From NCBI RefSeq assembly GCF_032191835.1, contig NC_083234.1, positions 27,776,001 through 27,840,000 of the forward strand: a stretch of 64,000 nt of DNA. Direction: 5' to 3'. The notes under the pieces were generated by a model. The model searched no databases. It saw only the letters and a list, made by a program, of their open reading frames with translations, and was not told the DNA's origin. Each line of letters begins with the position of its first letter. Position 1 is the stretch's first letter. Shown one piece after another: positions 35,893-47,015 of the stretch. The position numbers were made by a program, and so were the translations under genes. Origin of the DNA: Heteronotia binoei (lineage: Eukaryota).

Positions 35893-36403
35893 CTGCCAGA
35901 GAGAGACAGAACACTCAAACCTGCTTGGTATCTGGAGCACTGAAATTAATGCCAAAGAACACTCCACTAGTGGAAACTTCTGAATGCCTGGCAGATGCCT
36001 GGCCTATGAACGAATCCCTGGATGTTTTGATTTTTATTGAAAAGTTGGACAGGAGGTTCCGATGGATTGGACAATAGGAAGGGATTGCTTAACCCTTTTC
36101 ACAGTCCAACACCCCACCCCTCCATAATCTGCTCTCAGGTCTATATTTTTCACCAGCAGGTCTAACAGAAGCTGGGGAGAGATGTTAGAGTAGGACAGTG
36201 ATGCCAGAGGGAAAGAATTATGGAACATATGAAGTCCCAGGTGTATTAAAGACATATAAGGCTGCTTTAAACTGAATCCAACCAGCTTGCCTGCCTCACT
36301 ATTTTATTTATTTAAAACATTAACTCCCTTTCAGATCACAAGGTGGCTTGCAATGCAAATAAAACAATTTTACCCAATGTGTGTATTTTCAGGTCTCAAA
36401 CAA

Positions 36404-36684
36404 GGAAAGACGACGACTGCAGACATATACCCCGCCCTACTCTCTGAATCAGAGACTCAGATCGGTTTACAATTTCCTATATCTTCTCCCCCCATTACAC
36501 ACACCCTCTGAGGTGGGTGGGGCTGAGAGGGCTCTCACAGCAGCTGCCCTTTCAAAGGCAACTCCTGCGAGAGCTATGGCTGACGCAAGGCCATTCCAGC
36601 AGGCGCAAGTGGAGGAGTGGGGAATCAAACCCGGTTCTCTCAGATAAGAGTCTGCACACTTAACCACTACACCAAACTGGCTCT
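36404..36684 (-). mobile_element. Squam3-like SINE, long subfamily
   Basis: Reverse complement of the 43760 copy. Confidence 0.88.
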
Positions 36685-37061
36685 TTGCTTCTACAACATC
36701 TACTAGCAGATATCTTCCACTAAAATTATCATAAACTATAGTTTGGACCTTTATAGATACTAAGTATATGGTCACAGCAACGTTGTGAGGTTTGCCATGT
36801 GACTCACTAGGGATCTGTCCCTGGCCAATCAGATCCACACATTCCATTTCCAGCACTATGAACTTTGTCAGCTTTATACCAATATAGCTGCCAGTGCATC
36901 CTTCCCTGGGGAACTGTTGAATGGTTATGAGTGCTGAAAACAATCTCCTTACTGTTTCTCATAGGAACAAGACTAGAGGTCCTTGAATAGCAGCCAATAT
37001 GGCTGTGCACCATTCCCATGAAGTTACAGGATATAAACAGCATTTCCCTGATAACTCTTAC

Positions 37062-37257
37062 CTCAAATACTTTGCTGTCCATGTGGTGGAGCTGAATATT
37101 CTGGCTGTAGGTAACATTCAGAATCTTAAGGGATACATCCACTTGCACTTGCTGAGGGTATGGGCCTTGGAAGGTCAGATTGTCTTTACCATAAGCCACT
37201 GCCAGAGCCCCAAGGTGCAATCTATAGGCCACGCTCTGTTTATCACGGGGATGGATA
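37062..37257 (-). CDS. SIAE: SIAE coding exon 9 (IHPRDK motif)
   Basis: ttatag|T; SIHPRDKQSVAYRLHLGALAVAYG...KVFE; |gtaaga; 196 nt. Confidence 0.97.
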
Positions 37258-37760
37258 CTATAAAGCGAGGGGAAAAATATGTATATTTTGGTTCTCACTT
37301 GAAACACTCCATTTCCAGTTTTCAGTTACAAAGGAAAGTGTGTATGTGTGGTGCATAAGCAAAGAGATAAACAGTGTATATGTCACTCTTTCTTTTATGG
37401 AATCTTGGAATGTACCAGAACTTACTACTTGAGTTACCCTGCTTCTTTCTACTAGCAGTCATCAAAATGCAATCTCCAGGCCTGGATCATGTCTGTCTCC
37501 CCATCCCTTTGCCATTCCATTCTTCCCTAACAAGGGAATAAGTTTGGGGATAAACTACCCTCTGGTTAGGCCCTTACGCTTAGAAGGGGAATATTTTTTG
37601 CCCTTTGATGGTCCCCATTTTTTGTACACCTTTCCACATGTATCATGAGCCCTTATATTGCCTCTGTCACCCCAATTCTTAATGGGACAGCAGCTGCTCT
37701 AGAGTTGTTACAGCTGCTTGGAAGGGCCTGGACACCCTAAACCAAGCAGGGCTTTCTTAC

Positions 37761-37915
37761 CTGCCATAGGGAGATGAGCCATCACAAAGGTCTAAGGAAA
37801 CAGCCATAAAAGTATTGGGCATTTTCTTATTAGGGACATAGCCGTAGTCTGCTGTTTGATGCCATCGGATACGCGGAAAGCTGTCATCAACTTCTACTCG
37901 ACGATCTGTAGATAA
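37761..37915 (-). CDS. SIAE: SIAE coding exon 8
   Basis: ttgcag|TTA; LSTDRRVEVDDSFPRIRWHQTADYGYVPNKKMPNTFMAVSLDLCDGSSPYG; AG|gtaaga; 155 nt. Confidence 0.96.
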
Positions 37916-38471
37916 CTGCAACACAGGAAGAGCTGAAACCTAGCTGAAATTGTGGATCACGTAACCATTCTAGGCTATAATCCCATTATTCATGCTTGTG
38001 CTTCCTGTTGCGGATGGAACAACATGTTTCATAGGGCTCAACACTGTCAGTGCAAATGCCATCCACATGCTGAATCCCAATAGTCTCATCATGTATTAGC
38101 AGCAACACATAATGCCAGTTAGGGGTGAGGGACAGGACAATAATGAGGTATCAGGATATAATATGCAGTTCCACACTATATTGGGGGATTATACAAGGGG
38201 ATCTCTCTTTTTCTTGGGATTAATGTTAGTCACATATGGAGAGTGACATACAGCACTGCCCCACATTTTGCTGACCACCCCCAGGCATAAGAAGATTCAG
38301 GCTTTGTTGCACTCAAGTGCTCAGCAAAGGTTAAAGATGCAGGAAATCAGTGCAAATACAGAAATGAGTCTGAAACCCACTTAAAAAAAATTGTATTCCT
38401 GCATTTCTTCCCTTATGTCTGCCAGGGCCAAACAGCCATCCCAGCGTTCACACCATACCTCTGGCCATTAC

Positions 38472-38605
38472 CTGGACAAAGCCAAAGGGGAAGTCCTGCT
38501 CCGTTTGCCCAACTGACCCTTCATGGAAAGCTTCTCGCCAGTCTTCAATGAGTGCTGGGAACGTGCAGTTGTACAGATCGGTGTTTACTAAAGTGTTTGC
38601 TTCAC
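38472..38605 (-). CDS. SIAE: SIAE coding exon 7
   Basis: cccag|GT; GEANTLVNTDLYNCTFPALIEDWREAFHEGSVGQTEQDFPFGFVQ; |gtaatg; 134 nt. Confidence 0.97.
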
Positions 38606-38695
38606 CTGGGAGAAGCACACAGAAGATGAGACAGGCCAAATGCATCAGTGACAGTGCCATCATCCCAGCTCAGTCCGCCTGCCAGTTTTATGTAC

Positions 38696-38805
38696 CTTGG
38701 TACCAAACAACACCTTGGAGGGTCATGTTGAGAAGAGGGTGGATCATTGCATTCCAGAGCACAGAAAATTCTTTAGGGCCAGAAAACAGAAAAAAGGCAG
38801 GGAAG
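38696..38805 (-). CDS. SIAE: SIAE coding exon 6
   Basis: ttctag|C; FPAFFLFSGPKEFSVLWNAMIHPLLNMTLQGVVWYQ; G|gtacat; 110 nt. The next intron is only 90 nt. Confidence 0.95.
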
Positions 38806-40790
38806 CTAGAAACATGAGATAAATCCATTAGGTGGGGGCCTTATTTTACTGCACACAGATATTGCTTGATCAGTGATGGCTGGGTCCTCTCTAAATCCAG
38901 AGCTCACTAAGTACTGGACTAATGTTTGCTATACAAAACAGGGGAATCTGTCTTGGGCCAGCAAGTGCAAACTGCAGGTTTATACACCGTAAGTTACATT
39001 ACTGCCTTCTGATGCCACTCTCTTTCTCAAAGGTGGTCAAGCATTTCTTTGCTGTTATTTAAGACTTGGCAGATATGCCTATATCTGACCCACATTTAAT
39101 GTTTCCACTGTCTCTAGCACCTCTGAGATATTCTTTAGTAAGAGTGAAGACAGATCCATAATATTTATAGAGCAGTGGGAGTGACTTGAAACCAGTCTCA
39201 CCACATTTATTAAAAATAAATCTTCTGGGGACAAGCTCTGAAAAGCTTTTTCTAAAAGTCTGCAGCGTTGTTTAACAAAAGCTGGTTGTGGAGGCCATCA
39301 GTTAGCAAATGCCCATAATGTCACTGACGCATCTCTTTTCAACCCCCCAGAGTAGTTCTTGAAACAGGGTGGGGCTGTTTTTTGTGGGGGAGGCAGGGGA
39401 CATATGAACATGTTGACATATGAACAACATACATATTAATATACATTTACATACTAATAAATACACATTTACCACCGGAGGAAAAAACCCTTTTAAAACT
39501 AGACTATCCCACCGAATACACAAAGGGAAACGTGAGGACTAACCCAGCATGTGACTGTGGGAATGTATCCCTGCAATGGGACACAAACCTGCCATTGCAA
39601 TTTGGAAGTGAAGACTAGTGCCAGCGTCAAGGGTCAACATGGTGGGTATTTTCCAAGCCCCACAGCTTGGCATAGGGGCTTGCCCAGTGCTGACCAGAAA
39701 CACTTGGTTCATCTACTTCCACTAGGAATAGAAGATTACCCAAGTGCCCTTGTGACATCCAGAGCAATCTTCCAGACCATGTTCAGGGGCCCAGCCAGAG
39801 CAGGACACAACTGTTTGGGACTTGCTGCTCTTCTCTCCCTCTTCCAGGTTATTCAGGGGCACGCTGTACCTAATGGGAAAAACACTGGAGAACATTTATC
39901 CCATGTTCGTCAACCTGTGAAAAGCTTACTGTGGCTGCTCTTAAAAACTGAACTGAACTGCCTCTGTACTAACTACGTTCATTTGCTTACCTCTTTAATA
40001 ACTACTTTTGAAAACAACTTGGGAAACATGCAGCTTTGTGCATCTCCACCATACTAAGATGCCGTGGCGAAAGGGATAAGGGCCAGGTTGAGAGCTAATA
40101 TTTCAGTCCACACTCCTCCTTGCACTGCTCTAAGATGAAGTAGGGAGGTCTACCTTTCTTCAACATAGTTGAACCTCGCTAATGCGTATTTGCACTGCAT
40201 CTATACTGATTCTCAAAATATTTGCAGCATAAACCATACATCAGCTATATGTAAATTAATAATCAACCAGAATTTGGCAGATGTTTGTATCTGATTTGCT
40301 TGATTATTTTCTATTGCAAAAGAGCATGCCATTGTGCTTAATAAACTGGTTTGATTTGTAAATCTAATAAAGTAGTGTGTCTTGAGGCCAGTGGAATCCC
40401 AAAAAGAACCCAGTAGAACACAGTGTAACATAAAGTCTTTATACGTTTGTTGCTGAGGAAGCACTTTTCATGCATCGGATAAAATGTACTCTAGCCCACA
40501 GAAGCCCTGTTAGTCTTAAAACTCATGTTTGTTCCTCCTGCAACAGACTTGCATAGAATTTTAAGCTAGATGCAGCTCATGGAAGTTATTATCCTGGCTC
40601 TAAATGCAGCTGTGGGCTTACAGATTTCCTGCCACTGTAAACAGTGAGGTAGCTTGTATAAGGCAACCACAGGGAGAGAGACTGCCAGAGAACAGCCTCT
40701 ACACAGCAGTCAGTGAGAATGCAAAGGCAACCGGTCTATTAAGAAATATATAAGAAAGGAGCTGAACCTGATGTCATCAGCTCTTCTTAC

Positions 40791-40974
40791 CTTCTATAGT
40801 CCTTTGAGAGTCCACATTTATGCAGTGCCCTTCGAGATGACCAGGCTTCAATTGGTGTCCCACCCCAGGAGGACTCTACCAGTCCTATGGGATACCGGAG
40901 CGTCTCATACAGATAGCGTCCAAACAGCCAGCACACAGCAGAGAAGTAACCAAAATCTCCATGGCCCAAGTTTT
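40791..40974 (-). CDS. SIAE: SIAE coding exon 5
   Basis: gtaaag|AA; ENLGHGDFGYFSAVCWLFGRYLYETLRYPIGLVESSWGGTPIEAWSS...DYR; AG|gtaaga; 184 nt. Confidence 0.96.
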
Positions 40975-41303
40975 CTTTACAGATAAATGTTTAAAAGGCA
41001 ATAAGATATTTAGAAGTCTAGAAAGGAATATGACTGTATACAACCGGCTTCTTCTGATACACTTTCAGTTAGGAGCCACAGCACAGCTTTGTTAAGTACT
41101 GCGGCATATCCTGGTTCACAATCTTGCTCATCCTGAAGAGGGACGCTTGGTCTGATTCACTGTTACTGCTGTAAAAACACTGTCTTGTTTTCACTCTTCC
41201 CTTGTGAAAGCTGAACCTGCATGTCTGTATTGTCAAAGCAGTTTCTGTCTACTTATGCTAAATTTCTTGATAAACTTCTGGAATTTAGAATCATTGTATA
41301 TAG

Positions 41304-41439
41304 CAGGGGTGGCCAACGGTAGCTCTCCAGATGTTTTTTGCCTACAACTCCCATCAGCCCCAGCCAGCAAGGCCAATGGCTGGGGCTGATGGGAGTTGTA
41401 GGCAAAAAACATCTGGAGAGCTACCATTGGCCACCCCTG
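41304..41439. mobile_element. Almost fully palindromic 136-bp hAT MITE
   Basis: The two halves are reverse complements. TSD gtatatag / gcatatag (7 of 8). Confidence 0.9.
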
Positions 41440-41810
41440 GCATATAGCATAGAAAGGGTGTAAAGGTGATCTAAAATGGCATTAAAAGGAACAAATGAAC
41501 TGGTGACATCAATAGTGAAAATGGGCAAAACAAACAGGCTCCCAATGACAACATATAAACCCAACAACAAAGTACCTCTGTAATTCTGACATGCTTAAAT
41601 ACCATATACTCCATCTTCCACGTTCCTTTGAGCAAGTTGCTAGGTCTGTTTCTGCTCTGCATTCCTAGATATGAGGGTTTTTTCATTGCCTGCGATCTCA
41701 CGGCAACTTGGTGGTGGTGGAGGAAAGCGTGACCCCACAGGGTTTGAAATACTGGAGAGGTTTAGCGGCAGCTTGCCCTGCCTGCCTCTGTTTAACAACA
41801 GTGGTTTTCC

Positions 41811-41892
41811 TTAAGTGGTCTCCCATACAAGTACTAACCAGGGCAAAAGCTGCTTAGCTTCTGAGATTTGGCTAGCCTAGGCCATCCATGGT
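41811..41892 (-). mobile_element. 5S-derived SINE head fragment
   Basis: Reverse complement of gaagctaagcag...ctggttagtacttgtatgggagacc. Confidence 0.55.
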
Positions 41893-42228
41893 AAATTAGC
41901 ATTTCAATAACATCCTGATTCAGTATATGAAGTGGACAGAAATGGTAAGTGGGACTTACAGTACCATACTAAGCACAGTGACACCCTTCTAAATTCCTTG
42001 AAGAGTATTATTTTAGAAGGGTGCAGCTCAGCTAAGGATGGCATTGGATACATTCACTAAATAGCATGCTTTGCAACTGGATTTTTACTGTGTAAGAATA
42101 GCAATAAACACTTGCAAACAGCCACCGTGTGAAAGCACCCACTGATAATGCCTTTCTGCTTCAGGAAACCATGCACATACTGTCTCCTGTCCCAGCAGCC
42201 CATCCTACCAGTGCAAAAACTAATTTTT

Positions 42229-43089
42229 GGACGATTCCGCAGTAGCCTTTGCTCCGGTTTCATGGCTTTATTTCTCCCGGGGCAGATGTCGGTTTCCGCA
42301 TGTTCTGCCCCGCGTTGGCTTTTGACCTGCCTCTAAAGTGGAGTCGCCCCGTGCCAAGCAGATCCTCATTTTGTGAGAAGTTTATTTTTGTTCCGGGCTC
42401 GGGGCCCTAGATTTCTGTGCAGAACTCATACGAACTCGCTGTCAAGCTTCCAAAGCAGCAGGACTCACCCACAGAAATTCCACGCCCATGATTCTGCCCT
42501 GTTATTTCGTCATAGATCTCCCAACTTGCCCACCTCTAAGAGTTTCTTTTTTAAAGAAATGCATTTTGCGTTACAACGTAACTTCCTTTTAAAATGTAAC
42601 GCGATTACCCTTCTTGTTCCTGCATCCTAAGAACACATCGTTATGTGCTTTCGCCCGCCCCCACTCTTTGTTTTCCATGTGAATTTAAAAGGTTAACCTT
42701 TTAAAAAAAGAAGGGAGCGGAACGATGGAAAATCATACTCCGCGCGGTAGTGTGAGGGATGAGCCAATCAGGATGCAGCTGGGATGTGAATGGCTGCTGC
42801 ACTGATCAATATTCATTTCCCCTCCCCTCCAAAAAAAAAATCCGTGTTGCTATGTTATAGGCGTAACCACGCATATGTAAAAAAGGGGGGGGGACGTCTG
42901 AGGAAGGGAGGGGAAAATTGCTCTGATTGTGAAGGGACTACGGGAGCAAAATCAATGCAGAAACAGAACACGCGCGGCAGATTGGGTATTAAATCCAGGA
43001 AAAATCCTCTAATGCGGAATCAGGAAATCAGACCCGCATGCAACAGCCCCGCAGCGATTAGGAGGCAAACGCCAAGTGCGGAATCAGCC
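42229..43089. mobile_element. CpG-rich TIR element, possibly PIF/Harbinger-like and non-autonomous
   Basis: Ends ggacgattccgca / tgcggaatcagcc, flanked by ttt on both sides, with many intact CpGs. Confidence 0.5.
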
Positions 43090-43315
43090 TTTGCTTTGCA
43101 CGAACGGATCAGAGGTGACGTTAACTAAAACTCACAAGCAAAACCTGGAAAAGAACATAAGATAAAATAGTTGCTGATACAACATATGCTGTTATAAGGG
43201 CAATCGGTCTCTAGCTAAACCACAAAATCTACAGGAGTTGTGAACACCGCACCAACAAGTTCACCAAAATGACTTTTTTAAAGCATTCATTTTTCAAACT
43301 TCTGCAGACTCTTAC

Positions 43316-43454
43316 CAGCTGTGGGCACAGACCACTGCAGATCGATATCGGGAAGATCCAGCAGTTCCTCTTCTGACTGAGCAAGAGAAGCTGTGAACAC
43401 ACGGATATATGGAAAGTGCGGAGCCTGTGCGAGCTCCTTGCTGGCATTGAATAT
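43316..43454 (-). CDS. SIAE: SIAE coding exon 4
   Basis: tcctag|ATA; IFNASKELAQAPHFPYIRVFTASLAQSEEELLDLPDIDLQWSVPTA; G|gtaaga; 139 nt. Confidence 0.96.
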
Positions 43455-43759
43455 CTAGGAAATGGGACAGATTCCATTGAAACCATAATTTTAAAAGCTG
43501 AAAACAAATGAATTTTTTTCTTGGGTGTTAAGTCTTCTTGAGCAATGATTTACAGATGCAGAACCACACAGCTACCAAAATCTGTTTCCCCAGATTCGGA
43601 CAATGAAATCAATTACCAAGATTCTTTTTTTTATTCCTAGCAAAGAAATGTAAGAGTCTGCATGAGCCCAGAAGTCCAGTGGCTACCCATCTGGAATTAT
43701 CTGCATGGGCTGTGGGATTCAGGAGGCACTCTTCCCCAGCATTTTTGGTGTAGTGTTCC

Positions 43760-44038
43760 CCAGTTTGGTGTAGTGGTTAAGTGTGCGGACTCTTATCTGG
43801 GAGAACTGGGTTTGATTCCCCACTCCTCCACTTGCACCTGCTGGAATGGCCTTGGGTTAGCCGTAGCTATCGCAGGAGTTGTCCTTGAAAGGGCAGCTGC
43901 TGTGAGAGCCCTCTCAGCCCCACCCACCTCACAGGGTGTCTGTTGTGCAGGGAGAAGATATAGGAGATTGTAAGCCACTCTAAGTCTCTGATTCAGAGAG
44001 AAGGGCAGGGTATAAATCTGCAGTCTTCTTCTTCTTCT
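43760..44038 (+). mobile_element. Squam3-like SINE, long subfamily
   Basis: Full head, core and (TTC)n tail, preceded by a short duplicate of its head (ttggtgtagtg at about 43745). Confidence 0.9.
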
Positions 44039-45223
44039 GCCCCTAAGTCTAAAAACCATGTCATGTGCCTTTGCCGTTCCGCTTTCTTCTTTTGATCTAT
44101 TCATCCTCAGATTGGCAGCTGCCAGGCAATACATTTGGAGAGGTTGAAACAGTTATTTTTTTGCTTTTCTAATTTTAAGTGTGTGATGATTCCCCAGCTC
44201 CAGAAGGATCTTTTCTGGCATTCTTTCTAGCGTGAAACATATATTTTATCCTTTTAACGGGTCAGTTAATGCAGATGAGAGGCTAAAGTACAGGGTACAA
44301 ATTATAGAACAGGATTTACCAGTCCACTCCGCCACAACTGTGCAGGCAGAGTTTTACAGTCTAGTGTAAAAAGGAGTGACAGCCACCAAAGGCTGAGAAC
44401 CTTGCGAGAATATCTGACCACCATATTCACAGGAAAATATACAGAAGCATGTAGGCAAGGTCTACAAAAACACAGGGGAATATCCAATACATCATTAAGA
44501 GTACTATGCACCACTAAACACATGTCATCCTCTGCCCATATAATGACACCCACCCAGGGCCATAGCCAGGATTTCATGTTTGGTGGGGCCCACAGCAGGA
44601 TTGTTGTTTGGGGGAGGGGGCACCCAGTTTGGTGGCCCTGGACTCCATAATCTGCCTTGAGTTCCACAAGCCAACCCTCCCTTCGCCTGGGCAGTCACAG
44701 CAGCTCCACTCCTCCACCCCTTTTTTATGTGTCCCTCTCTGAGAGAGACAGAGAACTCTTGCCTCTCCCCTCACCCTTTGCTTTGCACACTGTGTTAAGG
44801 AAGGGGAGAGAAAAAAGCAAAAAGACCAGCAGCAATGCTACTACTTGTTCAGGGTGGCAGAGAGCAAAGCAGACAGATTGGGGGCCCTCCAGGGGAGGAG
44901 CCATACAGTTGGAAGGGGTGCTAAAGACACAGGTCTGCCCCCGCAAGGGCCCCAATGTAACGACAGGCCTGAACACACCTGATAAAGTGGGCTCTAGCCT
45001 ACAAAAACATTATGTTGGAATAAAAAACTTATTAATCTCTAAAGAAGGCTTTTTACTTTTTGCTGCAAGAAATGAGCTTTTAAGTGTGCAAAAAATTCCA
45101 TCATGCACAAGCTGCAGCTGTGCTTCAATAACATACAAGGCACACGCAGTCAAACAACTATTCCAACGGTTTTAAAAATTGTCCACTGCCTCCACCACTG
45201 TGCTCTAAGGAAGTGTGGCTCAC

Positions 45224-45396
45224 CTGAGAAACTGTCATCTCCATGTTACTTTGCCCACTGCAAAGCCAGACGTCTCCAAAGTAGACATCTTGCAGCATAA
45301 TGCTGGACACCTCGTCTTCATAGAACTGATGTACCTCTATGGAGTAAGGACCACCCTGTGGCATGGCAATCAGGACTACCTTCCAGATCCTAAAGA
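45224..45396 (-). CDS. SIAE: SIAE coding exon 3 (catalytic GQSN motif); 5' boundary uncertain
   Basis: IWKVVLIAMPQGGPY...DVYFGDVWLCSGQSNMEMTVSQ; CAG|gtgagc. The only nearby in-frame acceptor is ctcaag|TC (173 nt). Confidence 0.85.
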
Positions 45397-46099
45397 CTTG
45401 AGAAAAAAGTTTGAAAACAAAGCTTCAGGCTTCTTTATCAGTCCAAAACAATTCCTAGGCAATATTCAGCTGGTAGAAGGAAATGAAGAGACAGCAAAGC
45501 CTTCCCCACTAGCCCTGTTAGGAACAGTTGCTATTTGCTTCCAGAAGTCTCCATCAATGGAGAGTCAACCTTCCATGAATCTGTCCACTATAATTACAGG
45601 GTCAGATTTTCACATCCAGTATTGCATCTGCTGGGGAGACTAGCTTATGAGTCATTCACTTATTTAGCTCCCACCCTCCTCCTTCCCACCATCATTGACC
45701 ACTGTTCAGCTGACACATATACCCAAATAATTTTCATTTCCAGATGCATCTTTTCTTCCTTTTATGGACTTCATAAATCCACTAAGCTAGCTGCCTTGGC
45801 CAAAAGTCATTCTAGTGAAGGAAGATAGCAAGGAGTACCCAACCAAGGTTTTAGATAAAGACAGGGATGGCAAAACCAACAGTTCCCTTGCTACACATAT
45901 ACCCATCCTTCCTTCTCCACAATGTCACCTCCAGTCAAACAGATTTTAGAAATAATTCCTAAGTGCGTAAGACTTGTAAGAAATGAAAGTGGATCAGTGT
46001 ACATGCTACAATCCCTCATTCAAACCGCCTCCCTCTGGATAAACATAGGGAACAGAGGTCCAGCAGTGGCTATTTGCCACAAGGTATAGATGGAACTCT

Positions 46100-46285
46100 C
46101 TGTCTGGGACAAATGATGCTCTGTATCTTGGTGCTGGGGGAGGGCAACAGTGGGAGGGTTTCTAGTGTCCTGGCCCCACTGGTGGACCTCCTGATGGCAC
46201 CTAGGGTTTTTTTGCTCACTTGTGTGACAGTGTTGGACTGGGTGGGCTACTGGCCTGATCCAACATGGCTTTTCTTATGTTCTTT
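46100..46285 (+). mobile_element. CR1 LINE 3' end
   Basis: Ends ggcctgatccaacatggcttttcttatgttcttttt. Confidence 0.75.
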
Positions 46286-47015
46286 TTCTGAACCCGCCCC
46301 CCCTCCCAACAGTATTATTCACTGAGAGGTGAAATCTCGAAGTTCAATTCCCAGCACATCCAGAATAAAAGAAAACCAGGCTAGGAAGGTGTCTTTGTCT
46401 GCGACTCACAAATATATGAAAACTGAAGCATAGTGGCCACAGCTTAGTCCCTATATTTGTTTGGAAAATTTATATGCTGCTTTCCCCAAGAACTGCACCA
46501 AGTAGCTCATAAAACAGCACAAAATCATTAAAATTAAGCTATTAAAAACCCACTGGGAGCATTAAAAAGCATAAAAATATTTAGCATCCTAAAACAATCC
46601 TTGTAAAGCCACCTTCCAGTTAGAAGCAGAATGCAAACCATTTTACAATCCCTTTGTTAAAAGCCTGGGTAAAAAAGAAATGTGTTGTGTATGCGGACTT
46701 TGTACTTCATGTAGAGCGACAGTTTCTGCCTGGCTCATCTGAGGCAATAGGACTGAGCATGGGGACTTGGGAACAATGGGAAGCAGGATCCAAATCTCTG
46801 CTTCCCCAGTCCAATCATCAGCCCACTGCTAGTTCAAATGACCCGGTATTCTAGCGTGGGAACTTTGGAGTGTATCCAGTTGGACCCGTTGAGAAGTCTT
46901 AGTCTGCTTATTACCATGCTATAATCTCAATAAAAGAGCTTAATTTATCGCTACCAGTCTCTTCATGCATCGAACCCATTATTTAACAGAATGCCTTGGC
47001 CCAGTGTCTAAAAAA

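Noticed and set aside
41304-41439. Long hairpins as possible miRNA or other ncRNA genes (also 24879-25061)
   Set aside because: They have TIRs typical of MITEs, with an 8-bp TSD at 41304.
44657-45175. 172-aa plus-strand ORF
   Set aside because: Low complexity, non-ATG start, antisense within an SIAE intron, no recognisable homology.
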